This document shows, in pieces, positions 50,594-60,838 of a stretch of 64,000 nt of DNA. Location of the stretch: assembly GCA_963823675.1 (NCBI GenBank), contig CAWGMT010000013.1:759177-823176 (forward strand). Reading direction: 5' to 3'. Under the pieces are notes generated by a model. That model had not been told where the DNA came from. It did not search any database and saw only the letters and a list, made by a program, of their open reading frames with translations. Both the position numbers and the translations under genes were made by a program. The stretch's first letter is position 1. Each line of letters starts with the position of its first letter. Origin of the DNA: an uncultured Isosphaeraceae bacterium. Its GTDB lineage: Bacteria > Planctomycetota > Planctomycetia > Isosphaerales > Isosphaeraceae.

Positions 50594-53161
50594 ATGGGCT
50601 TTTCCCGGCTGAATTTGAACGATCTGCGAAACCAAGATGGCAGGAGAGAGCAGAAGACTCCCTTCGAGCATCAACTCGACGCTTTCAAAGCCCTCGACCG
50701 TACTTTTTCCTTCACGGATGCCAACGGCAAGGGCGCTTTGCTCGTCCTTCCTACCGGGGCCGGCAAGACGTTTACGACTGTCAAATGGCTTTGCGATCGG
50801 GCTCTTACGAGAAACATGAAGATTCTCTGGCTGGCACAGTCGTTTTACCTCCTCGACCAAGCGTTCAAGGAGTTTAACGACTACGCTGCCTGGATTCCTG
50901 AGCCCAGGGAAATGCTTCACATCCGCCGTGTGTCGAGCAACCCATCGCATCAGCTACCCCATTCCGTCGAGATAACGGATGACGTGGTAATCATGACCAC
51001 GCAAACAGCCATCAAAAACCTGCACTCGGACGCGACGGACCGAACGGGTAGCAGGGTTATCAGCAGTTTCAGACGGTTTGTCGAGGAGGCCAAGAATAAC
51101 GGTCTGTTCGTCGTGCTGGATGAGGCCCACCATGCCCCCGCTCACGGGTGCCGGCACTTGTTAGTTAACGAAGACGAATCCACGCCTGGAATTCGCCGGC
51201 TCGTGCCGAGCGCGTACCTTCTTGGCCTCACCGCTACGCCCACTTACACGGACGAGACAAGAAGAGGATGGCTCAGCAGGATTTTTGAGGCAGGGATTAT
51301 CCATAACGCGGACAAGACCGAGCTCATGGCTCAAGGCATCTTGGCAAGGCCCAAATACATCGAAAGGCCGACGGGGAGGGAGCTCATCGTTTCCGATGAT
51401 CTCTACAACCGCCTTGTCAGGGAACACAAGGACTTGCCTGAAAACGTGATCGAAATCCTCGCGGGCGATTCCCGGCGTAACGATTACATTGTGCAGGAAT
51501 ATGTCCAGAACAGGGATCGCTACGGGAAGACGATCATATTTGCCGACCGCTGGTTCCAGTGTGTCTACCTGAAGGAGAAGCTACTTGACAAAGGCGTCAG
51601 AGCCGATGCCATTTACTCGCACATCGATGCCGATCCCGGGTCCGCTGAGGCCCGAAACAAGCGGACGGCAAGCGACAACGAGCGCATCTTGAACGAATTC
51701 AAGCACGGCAAGGACAGCTCGGGGCGGGACACTCTTGAGGTACTGATAAATGTAAGAATGCTGACGGAAGGAGCCGATGTACCTAGCGTCCGAACAGTTT
51801 TCCTGACCCGCCAGACAACGAGTGCCATCCTGATGACCCAAATGATCGGGCGAGCTTTGCGTGGCAGAAGGGCAGGCGGAGGCGATGAGGCGAACATCGT
51901 CCTGTTCATCGATAACTGGAAACGACTTATCGATTGGGCTACGCCGGCGTCGCTTGACGGCGGCACAGCGCAGGAGCGAGTGATCCGCGGTTACTATCCG
52001 CTGGAATACATTTCGATCCGCTTGGTGGAGGAACTTACTCGCCAGGTCAACAGTGGCGGCGATATTCCCTCTCCGCCTTTCTCTCAGATCGTTCCTGTCG
52101 GATGGTTTCAGACAGAAATCGTTGTGGCGACTGAAGACGCTGCCGACGAAACGCAGTCGTTCACCGAGTTCGTGATGGCCTATGAGGGTACAAAGCCGAA
52201 ATTCGACGCCTTCATTGAACATTTCCAGCGCAGCGTACCGGAAGGATGGGACAAAGAGTCCCTGTCATTCGAATGGATGATGGCGCAGACACAGCGCTGG
52301 GTGGCCAAGTTTTTTGACCTCGAAGCAGATCAACTCGGCGGCGGACTGGAGATGAACCTCGCACGGATCGCCCGCCACATCGCGCAGACGCAAACAGCGC
52401 CGCCTTTTCACTCGTTCGAGGATCGCCCCAAATATGATTTGGACGAGTTAGCCCGACGCCGCCTTAACAATAGCCCGGTCGAGAACAGCACATTTTTGGA
52501 ATCAGAGTTCACCAGACCGGGGAATTTATGGAGGGTTTTCTACAAGACAATCGACCGTTTCCACACGGCATTCGACGGAGCGGTAAGGCGAGCTCTGCGC
52601 CCAGGACGAGGCATGTCGCCCACGACCTTGACCTCGAGCGAAAAACGCAGCAAGCGGGAACTATCGGAGGCCGAGAAAGAGCAAGTCAAGCGGCGGGACA
52701 GCTACGCGTGCTTGTGCTGCGGTGCGTCTGGCAGAGGCGTTCGGCTCCAGATTGACCACATCGTTTCGTACAACATCGGAGGGGAAACGAGCGTAGAGAA
52801 TTCCCAGACGCTTTGCAGCGTTTGCAACCGAGAAAAGAAAATCAACGAGCTGAACTTCCTTCAAACGGCGACGCTGCTGCCCGGGCCGCCCGAACCGGAA
52901 CTGCTCACCCGCTCCGGCACGGAAGACGTCAAACGGACGATCACGAGACTTGTCAACCACTTCTACCGGTGCCGGGCCGTCTCTGAAGTTCGGATGCACA
53001 CGCGGTCCACTGGCCGATTCTACTCGACGTGGGAGATCGAACTGTTCGCTGGCAACAAGCCGAAGTGGCTGAATGATCACAAGTGGTCTCTAGTCGACCA
53101 CATCCAGGAGAATTTCGGCTGCTCGCATGTTACTGACATCAGAATTGTTGGCGCGAGGTAA
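50594..53161 (+). CDS. SF2 helicase (ResIII-like DEAH N-terminal domain plus helicase C-terminal domain) fused to a C-terminal HNH endonuclease; candidate single-gene defense factor
   Basis: Start ATG at 50594 with GGAGG 12 nt upstream (the ORF track begins earlier at 50414). Walker A LVLPTGAGKTF. DEAH box VVLDEAHHA. Motif VI region TQMIGRALRG. The HNH reads CLCCGASGRGVRLQIDHIVSYNIGGETSVENSQTLCSVCN. GC is markedly lower than the surrounding sequence. Confidence 0.85.
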   Translation: MGFSRLNLNDLRNQDGRREQKTPFEHQLDAFKALDRTFSFTDANGKGALLVLPTGAGKTFTTVKWLCDRALTRNMKILWLAQSFYLLDQAFKEFNDYAAWIPEPREMLHIRRVSSNPSHQLPHSVEITDDVVIMTTQTAIKNLHSDATDRTGSRVISSFRRFVEEAKNNGLFVVLDEAHHAPAHGCRHLLVNEDESTPGIRRLVPSAYLLGLTATPTYTDETRRGWLSRIFEAGIIHNADKTELMAQGILARPKYIERPTGRELIVSDDLYNRLVREHKDLPENVIEILAGDSRRNDYIVQEYVQNRDRYGKTIIFADRWFQCVYLKEKLLDKGVRADAIYSHIDADPGSAEARNKRTASDNERILNEFKHGKDSSGRDTLEVLINVRMLTEGADVPSVRTVFLTRQTTSAILMTQMIGRALRGRRAGGGDEANIVLFIDNWKRLIDWATPASLDGGTAQERVIRGYYPLEYISIRLVEELTRQVNSGGDIPSPPFSQIVPVGWFQTEIVVATEDAADETQSFTEFVMAYEGTKPKFDAFIEHFQRSVPEGWDKESLSFEWMMAQTQRWVAKFFDLEADQLGGGLEMNLARIARHIAQTQTAPPFHSFEDRPKYDLDELARRRLNNSPVENSTFLESEFTRPGNLWRVFYKTIDRFHTAFDGAVRRALRPGRGMSPTTLTSSEKRSKRELSEAEKEQVKRRDSYACLCCGASGRGVRLQIDHIVSYNIGGETSVENSQTLCSVCNREKKINELNFLQTATLLPGPPEPELLTRSGTEDVKRTITRLVNHFYRCRAVSEVRMHTRSTGRFYSTWEIELFAGNKPKWLNDHKWSLVDHIQENFGCSHVTDIRIVGAR

Positions 53162-53520
53162 AGAGTTCAAAGCGCCCAGCGCCGCGCAGGCCGGCAGTGG
53201 GAGAGCAGCCGATTACGTCAAGCAAAGGAGCGCTCCAAGGTCCCCTTCCAGTCGCGTGACCGATCGGGGTCAAGTGTGGACGTGCCGTTCTGCTCTCTTG
53301 TTACTGATCTCGAGCGCAGTGCCGTATTTCGGGCCTCATAGACAACGTAACGGCCGGACTCCTCCCGGCTCGGCACAGACGATGACGCCGCTGACGGAAT
53401 CTGCGTTCCCAATCGGGGTTTCTTTCGTCGATTGGAACGGGCAACACGAATGATAGGGGGGGGGGATCGGCTTCGATAGACCACGGAGGCGGAGCGTGGC
53501 TTAGTTTGGCAGCAGAGCCT

Positions 53521-54990
53521 TTATCGCGCCGCCGCCTGATTGCCCACTCGCTTGTATCCCGGCGCGGCGATGATGGTGCGCAGCAGCTTGCCATCCGCCA
53601 GGTTCCACAGCCGGACTTCGCCGTCCCAGCCTCCCGAGGCCACGGTCTTGCCGTCGCGAGAGATGGCCAGCGAGTAGATCCAGTCCTGATGGCCCGGCAT
53701 CCGGCGGACCTGCGAGCCTTTGTCGGTGAAGACCGCGACGTTCTTGTCGGCACCACACGCGAGCAGGTTCTTGCCGTCGGGCGTAAACCGCAGCTTGAAG
53801 ACCGTGCCGCCGAAACCGCCGATCTCGCGGATCGCCTTGGCCTCGCTGTCCGGGTTCCAGACCCTGATGCGGTTGTCTTCGCCGCCGGTGGCAACCCCTT
53901 TGCCGTCAGGGGTGAACGAGACCGTGTAAACCGGCGCGCCGTGGCCGGGAAATGTCACCAGCGATTCCTTTTTGTCAACGTCGAAGACCTTGGCGGTCTT
54001 GTCGCGGCTCGCCGTCGCCAGTCGCTTCCCGTCCGGGCTGAAGGCGATCCCCAGAACCCAATCGGCATGGTCTTCGATCTGGAACAGGAGCTTTCCGGTC
54101 TCGACCTCGAAGAGTCGCAGGGTCCGGTCGGCCCCCGCGGTGGCGATCTTCTTGCTATCCGGGCTGAATGCGACCGCGAACGCCGCGTCCTGGGTTTCGA
54201 CCAGGTCGCGAACCGGCTTGCCGCCTCCATCGGGCTCGGCCAGCCAGAGCTTGACCACGCCGAAGACGCCCGGGTCGCCGCTGGCGGTGGCCAGCCACTT
54301 GCCGTCCGGGCTGTAGGCGATGTCGTAGACCCGCTCGGCCAGTCCGCTTAACCTGCGCCTCAGCTTGCCGTCGGCTGTATTCCAGAAGGTGATCTCGTGA
54401 TAACCCGACGCCGCGATCGTCGAGCCGTCCCGGCTGAATGCCAGGGCCGTGATCGGGACGGTCGCCGGATAATCCTGGGGGATATTGACGCGCCTTGTCT
54501 TGCGCAGCACGATCGTCCAGTCGTCGTTGGGGGAACCGCCGTCATATTTGGCTCCCTCCGCAACCCATCGCTCGATCACGGCGATCTTCGCGGGTGTAAG
54601 CGGGTCCTGCTTGTACGGCATCCTTGGCTGGCCTTCCGGGCCGATCACCTCGACGAGATTGCTCTCGTCGGGTTTGCCCGGCTCGAGCGTGGTCCCCTCG
54701 CCCTGCTGGCCGCCCTTGGCGAGCTGGGCAAAGGTCGTCATGACGTATTTGCTCTCCGTCTTCTTCGGGTTGTGGCATGCAATACAGCTTTCGACCAGGA
54801 TGGGCGCCACGTCTCGAATGAAGCTCACAGGAGGCTCCTTCGACTTTCCTTTCGCCTCCGGGATCGCCGATCCAGGACGCCGGCCGCCTTGATCGGCCGG
54901 TCCCTGGCCAGCCTCGCTCGCAACGGAAATCACCAGGAACAGCCCGAGGGCCAGGCCGGTCGTGACGCAGGTGCGCAGAATTCGAGACAT
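53521..54990 (-). CDS. Planctomycete-type cytochrome c (CxxCH) domain fused to a WD40 beta-propeller
   Basis: Signal peptide, then heme motif CIACH. At least six WD-like repeats (SPDGK..A.GD......W). Start at MSRIL (54990) with GGAGGA upstream. Confidence 0.85.
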   Translation of the reverse strand: MSRILRTCVTTGLALGLFLVISVASEAGQGPADQGGRRPGSAIPEAKGKSKEPPVSFIRDVAPILVESCIACHNPKKTESKYVMTTFAQLAKGGQQGEGTTLEPGKPDESNLVEVIGPEGQPRMPYKQDPLTPAKIAVIERWVAEGAKYDGGSPNDDWTIVLRKTRRVNIPQDYPATVPITALAFSRDGSTIAASGYHEITFWNTADGKLRRRLSGLAERVYDIAYSPDGKWLATASGDPGVFGVVKLWLAEPDGGGKPVRDLVETQDAAFAVAFSPDSKKIATAGADRTLRLFEVETGKLLFQIEDHADWVLGIAFSPDGKRLATASRDKTAKVFDVDKKESLVTFPGHGAPVYTVSFTPDGKGVATGGEDNRIRVWNPDSEAKAIREIGGFGGTVFKLRFTPDGKNLLACGADKNVAVFTDKGSQVRRMPGHQDWIYSLAISRDGKTVASGGWDGEVRLWNLADGKLLRTIIAAPGYKRVGNQAAAR

Positions 54991-55035
54991 TCTCTGGGTC
55001 CTCCGAGCATCGGCCGTTGGCCGCATCCCTTCATC

Positions 55036-57401
55036 TTACTTGATCGGCGCGACTTTCACAGCGAGGGGAGTGGTCGGAACGGGGTAATCCTTCTTGTTGA
55101 CCTGAAAGATCAGGGCGAGCTGGGTGTTCGCGGATGTGGGTGCCGCCTTGGGCTCGGCGGCGATCTTCACGGCAAAGGCCGCGGCCGCGCCGCTGAGTGT
55201 GACTGGATCGGCCTTCACTCCAGCCGGCAAACCATTGATCCGAACGGTCACGGGGCCGTCGAACGTTCCCTTGCGCACCAGCTTTCCCTTGACCAGGGCG
55301 GTGGAGCCCGGCTTGACCTCGACGCTGGCCGCGGCCAGCTCGGCCGCGACCGGATGCACCACGCTCAAGGTCACGGCCGGAACCGCGATGGTCCGGTCCG
55401 CGCCGGCAAATTTGCCTTTGGCCAGAAGCGCAATGGTCATGGTTCCAAGCACCGTCTCGACCGGGCGCTGACCGTCACGCTGCCCTCGAGCAATTTCGCG
55501 GCGATCGGCGCGCCGGTGACGGTCACTCCCGGAGGCAGGCTCAGTCCTGAGATCGCGATCGGCGCATCGGCTCCTTTGGTCCGCGCGACCTTGATGGGGA
55601 TCTTCGCGCTAAAGCCGCGAGGAACCTCGATCGGCTGGGCCGGAGTGTCGAGCGCCACGGCCGTGGGAAGGGCCGGCGCGGCCACCAGCCCATACTGGGT
55701 CATCGCGCCGGCCGGGGGAGTCGCTTGCGGGGTGAATACCAATAACTGCGAGGCAAGCCGCTCGAAAGGACCATCGGTGCGCTGGCCCCGCCCCACCAGC
55801 TTGATCGCAGTAGCGGGAAACGCGGCGTCGGCGCTCGCCGAGACCGTGATGACGCCGGTCGTCTGGCCGGCGGCGACGCTCCCGGGCCGAACGCTCAGAC
55901 CCGCCGGGGGCTCGGCGACGGTCAGGGTAATCGGCCCGCTATAGCCCCTCCGCCGGACTGTCGCACTGATCGCCGCCGACCCTCCGCGCGGCACGCTCAC
56001 CTGGGGTTCGCTCAAGACGAGCTCGAAATCGGGCAGGAGCGGCTCGACCACGATCCGGTAGGGGAAGCCGACACCGCCCCGCTTTTCAAGGTCGCGAATG
56101 ACCAGCGTGATCTCATTCGTACCGCCGGGAATCGTCAGGTCGAACGACGGATCGGCCAGGACGATCGGCGGGGCCTGCTGACCATTGCGCGGGGGCCGGG
56201 CGATCGTCGTGTCGTCGGCATTCGCCAGAACACCGCCTCCCTTGCCGAGCACCTGGACAACTCCGTCGAGATTCGAGCCCAGGTCGGCGGCCTTTACCGT
56301 GATCCGCAGTCGCTCGCCGGGCGTCGCCACCACGCCGAAGCGGTCTTCGTCGCCGGGCGGGTCGAGCCGGCCGTTGAAAACGACCGGTGCAACGGCCCGA
56401 ACGGGCTGGTCCGAGCGATCCGCTGGCTCGCGCAACTCGGGATACGACGAGACAACCAGCGGCGGGAGCGATTCCACGTCGTAGTTCGGCTCGCCGGCCT
56501 TGACGCCGTCGATCATCGCGCTCGTGATCCGAGGCAGGAATAGCTCGGTGCCTGGGATGGGTTGAACGGACGCCGCGGCGATCTTGGTCCCCGCGAGCGA
56601 CCCGCCGCGAAGCTCAAGCCCGAGCGTTTCCCCCTGCCGGCCTCCCAGCGGATAGACCTCCTCGGCCATCGGCAAGTTGCCGATCACCAGCCGATAGCCC
56701 GGCCGGCTCGCTCCCTGATAGCGTGAGTCGGAGATCTCGACGACGTAATCCGTATCCTCGGGCAAAACGGCGGCGAGTCGCGCGTCGGTCACCAGGCCGG
56801 GCGAGTCGTCGGCCGAGGCGATATAGGTCCGCGTGGCCGAGGCCTTCGTCAACCGAATGGTGGGGTCGATAGCCGACCCGATCCGCGCGCACTGGGCGTC
56901 GACCACGATCTTCTGCCCCTTCTTGCCGTGAAAGCGGAAGAAGTCGACGTCGTTGCCCGCAACTTGACCCTCCACCACCAGCGGCGGGTCGGGAATCGGC
57001 TGGGCTGCCTCGAAGACGCTATTGTCTTCCTTCTCGCTGACCTGGGGCAGTTGACCGACCGCGAACAGGAAGGGGTTGGAGATCCCGTCGTCGGTCTGAA
57101 CCCGGATTGGATAAACCCCGACCGCGACGTCGCCCGCGATCGTCACCTTGGGCTTCCAGCTCGATGCGCTCTGCCCGGCCGATGGCGACTCGATCTTGAA
57201 CGGGAATGGAGCGATCAGCCGGGGGTTCCCCGCAAGCTCGGAGCCGCTGATCGAAAGCTCGGTGGCCACGCCCCGCTGCACACCATGGGGCGTGATGTCG
57301 CCGATCTTCGGAGGCGCCGCAAGACACTGGCTGGAAAAGGCAACCAGAGTGAAAAACGTCAGCACAAACGTGGCTGGCGTTAGACCATGTTGAGGACGCA
57401 T
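55036..57401 (-). CDS. large secreted repeat protein with a PPC/pre-peptidase-C-terminal-like domain; -1 frameshift at a CCGGG run near 55460-55466
   Basis: ORFs 55437..57401 (signal peptide, DVDFFRFHGKKGQKIVVDAQC..DPTIRL, PPC-like) and 55036..55452 are contiguous if one C/G is added. Ig-like repeat character throughout. Confidence 0.55.
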
Positions 57402-57620
57402 GGGAAAACACTCAGGGCGGGATAAGGTCGCGATGGCGGGGTTAAGTCTTTGTTCAACGTAATTTTAACGTCCCACGAACGCCGAAGTTTGTCAATGATA
57501 AGAGCGGGGCTACTCGCCCTGAAGCAGCATGGTGCGCCTGCGAACGTCGCGAGGTCGTCGCGACTCTGATCGCGATACTCAACGACCGGCTTCGGTTCCC
57601 TGCCTTGATGATTTCATCCT

Positions 57621-57990
57621 TCACCCTTCATCCTTTTCTTTGTCTCCAGGCCGCCAAGGCAGCTTCGAGCAAGTGCTCGAGCCCGGGGTTTGCGACGTCG
57701 GCGACAGTTCGAAGTTGCACATGCCGGTGAACCTTGCCGCTCCCTTGCAGTAACTGCGCGGGGTCCGGCAGCTCGGAGCCGCGCCGATCCCAACCTTGAC
57801 GCCGGTTCGGCTCATGAGCAGCGTGCAGATCGTGTCCTTGTAACCGGGCCCGTAACCGTAACCGATGAGCCGCGCGGACCGATCGACCGTTTCGGTGGCA
57901 TCGGGCACGGTGTGCACCACGAGCTCGCGCACTGCCAGCGCGATGTCTCTCACGTTCGGCGGGTAGAGGGCCAAGAACTCGACGACCACC
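57621..57990 (-). CDS. DUF1801-domain protein (YdhG-like)
   Basis: EFLALYPPNVRDIALAVRELVVHTVPDATETV...KDTICTLLMSRTGVKVGI fits the DUF1801 pattern. The start is uncertain (GTG near 57990, or it is fused with the upstream ORF). Confidence 0.45.
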
Positions 57991-57993
57991 ACG

Positions 57994-58260
57994 TCACCGG
58001 GTTTCAACAAGGTCGTCTTGCTCCGGGTATTCCGCGTCGAACAGCCGCGCGGAATAGGCGGCAACATCCGTCATGTCTTGTTCGTTCCACGCCTCGCGGA
58101 TGTCTAGAACGCTTTGTGGCGGAATCTCGTTCAGGATGAGCGTGGCCAACCGGAACCGCTCCGATGGCGGTAGCGGTTTGATTGCTTCGTCGTAAATCTC
58201 TTCGATCGTCATTTCAATCGGTCTCGCCGAGCGCTGAGGCATACGATCCACTCCCTCCAT
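57994..58260 (-). CDS. small addiction-module-component-like protein
   Basis: TIEEIYDEAIKPLPPSERFRLATLILNEIPP resembles the LP..ER..LA..L..SL antitoxin-like family. Confidence 0.35.
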   Translation of the reverse strand: MEGVDRMPQRSARPIEMTIEEIYDEAIKPLPPSERFRLATLILNEIPPQSVLDIREAWNEQDMTDVAAYSARLFDAEYPEQDDLVETR

Positions 58261-58401
58261 TCACGACATTCTAGCGGTTCAACCTGTGCGAGCCAAGCTC
58301 GCGATGATCGAGCAGCGCCTCGGTTAGTCAACCCCTCAGCGAAGGATCCACACTTCGTTTGGCTCGTTGGCGCGTAGTACTGTCAGGCCGCCCCCGCGCG
58401 C

Positions 58402-59073
58402 TTAACCGCCCGCCACCTCTTTCCAGCGCTTGTCCCATTCCCACATCCGGAGCGCCTGCTCGGGCGTGAGCGGCGCGCCGAGCTGGTTGGCCCAGTGGCA
58501 GATCTGGCCGCGGTGATGCGCGTCGTGCGTGATTGCAGCGCAGACAAGAGCGACGACATCAGGACGAAGGTCGGGAACGTGGCCGCCGGCTTCGATCGAA
58601 TGCTCGATCAGGCGCACCATCGCTGCCGCGCTCGTCGCGAGCGCCTCCTTGGCCTCGCTCGGCGTGACCTCCGCTCGATCGAGCTTTCCTGGAGGTTTCT
58701 CGTCCCGGACGGACATCGCGAGCCGCATGCACCGCACGTTATGCATGTGGGCGAACGTGGTCGCGATATTGCGCCGCTTCGAGCACGCAGGCTGGGCCCT
58801 CCAGATCTTTGGGTCAAGGGAGTCGATCAGAACCTGGTTGATCCGCTCGTTCGTCAGGTAAGCCTCGACAAGAGCGCGGCCGAGGTCGATAGGCTCGCGT
58901 CGGTTTCGTGCTCCAGTGTGGGTCGGTGGTGTGGCCGTGGATTTCGTTGCCGTCTTTTCGTGGCGGCGTGCATTCTTGCCGCTTAGGGCGTCGCTCTTGG
59001 GCATGTCAAATTCACCGGGCTTCCGGATTCTCGATTTGAGCAGCAGCTTCTCGGCATCCTGGAGCGTGCTCAT
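58402..59073 (-). CDS. DinB/YfiT-like (DinB_2 superfamily) metal-dependent protein
   Basis: Conserved HMHNVR...H and THDAHHRGQ histidine motifs. Start at MSTLQD. Confidence 0.65.
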   Translation of the reverse strand: MSTLQDAEKLLLKSRIRKPGEFDMPKSDALSGKNARRHEKTATKSTATPPTHTGARNRREPIDLGRALVEAYLTNERINQVLIDSLDPKIWRAQPACSKRRNIATTFAHMHNVRCMRLAMSVRDEKPPGKLDRAEVTPSEAKEALATSAAAMVRLIEHSIEAGGHVPDLRPDVVALVCAAITHDAHHRGQICHWANQLGAPLTPEQALRMWEWDKRWKEVAGG

Positions 59074-59323
59074 CGCTTGACCGCCCTCTCCGATTCTACG
59101 GCAGGGCATCAATAACATGAGGAGCCGCCAATTATCATACTCCAAGGTACGTCACGCCGGCCATTCGGTCACGTGGCTCTGTCCCCTACTCACGCGCTCG
59201 AATTCCAGGAAAGTCGCCAAGAAGCCAGCCGAGCGAAGGAGGAATCGCGCTCCCGAGTCCACTTGGATCATCGCCGCGGGGATGGCATAATCGAAGGATC
59301 GAAGACCAAAAAAGGAGGCTGTC

Positions 59324-59881
59324 ATGTCCACGGCATCTGTGACCACGCCCTTGATGACCGCCGAAGAGTTCGCCGAGCGGCCCGATCCGGGCTATCCCGA
59401 GGAGCTCGTTCGAGGAAGGATCGTCCCAATGTCGGTACCCGATCGACGCCACGGTCAAGTTTGCGGGCACGCGTACATCCTGATTCGCTCGTTCGTGGAC
59501 GCCCACGACCTCGGCCATGTCTTGTGTAACGACTCCGGCGTCATCACGGAGCGCGACCCGGACTGCGTGCGCGGGGCAGACGTCGCCTACTACAGCTTCA
59601 ACCGCTTGCCGCGTGGGCCGCTGCCGCGGTCTTATGGGCCGGAAGTGCCCGAGCTGGTGGTCGAGGTTCGCTCGAAAGGCGACAAGTGGCCCAAGGTGCT
59701 CGCCAAGGTGGTGGAATACCTCGACGCGGGCGTGGCCGTCGTCGTCGTTCTGGACGACGAGCGCCAAGTCGCTCAAGTCTTCACGGCTGACAGCACCCGA
59801 TTTCTCGGGCCTGACGACGAGCTGACGATCCCCGAGGTCCTGCCCGGCTTCGCCGTCGCCTTACGGCGGTTCTTTGAGTGA
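59324..59881 (+). CDS. Uma2-family (DUF820) PD-(D/E)xK putative endonuclease, paralog 1
   Basis: LTAEEFAERPDPGYPEELVRGRIV..PELVVEV are Uma2 motifs. It is about 70 percent identical to the next gene. Confidence 0.8.
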   Translation: MSTASVTTPLMTAEEFAERPDPGYPEELVRGRIVPMSVPDRRHGQVCGHAYILIRSFVDAHDLGHVLCNDSGVITERDPDCVRGADVAYYSFNRLPRGPLPRSYGPEVPELVVEVRSKGDKWPKVLAKVVEYLDAGVAVVVVLDDERQVAQVFTADSTRFLGPDDELTIPEVLPGFAVALRRFFE

Positions 59882-60046
59882 AGCACAAACTGGCCTCGTT
59901 CGAGGGACCGAGAAGCTCCACGGAGGAAACTGGGACGCAGCTCGTTTATCCGTGAGGGATTGTCATACGACCGGAACGGGTCGACTGGGATCGCCTGCGT
60001 GGGAATGCGATAATTCAACGATCGAAGACCCGAGGAGGAGATCGCC

Positions 60047-60607
60047 ATGTCCACGGCATCAGTGCCCACGCCCTTGCTGACCGCCGAAGAGTTCGCCGAA
60101 CGGCCCGACCCGGGCAATCCCGAAGAGCTTGTACGAGGAAGGATCGTGCTCATGCCCATGCCCAAACCGAGACACGGGCAAATCTGCGGTCGAGCATACT
60201 TCTTGTTCCGCGTACACGTCGATGCTCAGGACTTGGGCCATTTGCTCAGCAACGACTCGGGCGTGATCACCGAGCGAGGTCCCGACACGGTCCGCGGTGC
60301 TGACATCGCCTTCTATAGCTTTGCCCGCGTTCCCAAGGGGCCGTTGCCCGATCGCTATCTGGACATCGCGCCCGACCTGGTTGTCGAGGTCCTCTCACCG
60401 GGCGACCGCTGGCCGAAGGTGCTGCGCAAGGTGGCGGAGTATCTCGATGCCGGGGTAACCGTCGTCTTGGTGCTTGACGACCAGCGCCGACAAGCGCAGC
60501 TTTACCGAGCCGACGGGACAACACGCCTGCTCGACGCCGAAGAGGAGCTTTCCATTCCCGATCTGCTCGGCGATTTCCGCGTTCGGGTCGGGCGGTTCTT
60601 CGAGTAA
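60047..60607 (+). CDS. Uma2-family (DUF820) PD-(D/E)xK putative endonuclease, paralog 2 (tandem duplicate)
   Basis: Same architecture and length as 59324..59881. The upstream leaders are also similar. Confidence 0.8.
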   Translation: MSTASVPTPLLTAEEFAERPDPGNPEELVRGRIVLMPMPKPRHGQICGRAYFLFRVHVDAQDLGHLLSNDSGVITERGPDTVRGADIAFYSFARVPKGPLPDRYLDIAPDLVVEVLSPGDRWPKVLRKVAEYLDAGVTVVLVLDDQRRQAQLYRADGTTRLLDAEEELSIPDLLGDFRVRVGRFFE

Positions 60608-60838
60608 TGCGCTCGCCGGTCCTGCTCGTTGCTTCGGGGAACGTTCGTATCCCGCGGCATCGGACGATTAGCCATGGTGACCGTGCGGATCACGCCGCGA
60701 TGGGAGACAAATGGTTTACTTCGAAGGATTTCGATCATGACGGCCGAGCGACGTACCTCCCAACTCTGGCTCTGATTATCCCCGGCGACATTTCCGTCAA
60801 AGGCCAGAGCCTGAAGCGACCCGAGCGCTTTGACCGAT

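Noticed and set aside
53301-53894. 197-aa minus-strand ORF overlapping the 3' end of the cytochrome-WD40 gene
   Set aside because: It is out of frame with the WD40 gene and runs into the intergenic islet flank. The composition is low-complexity.
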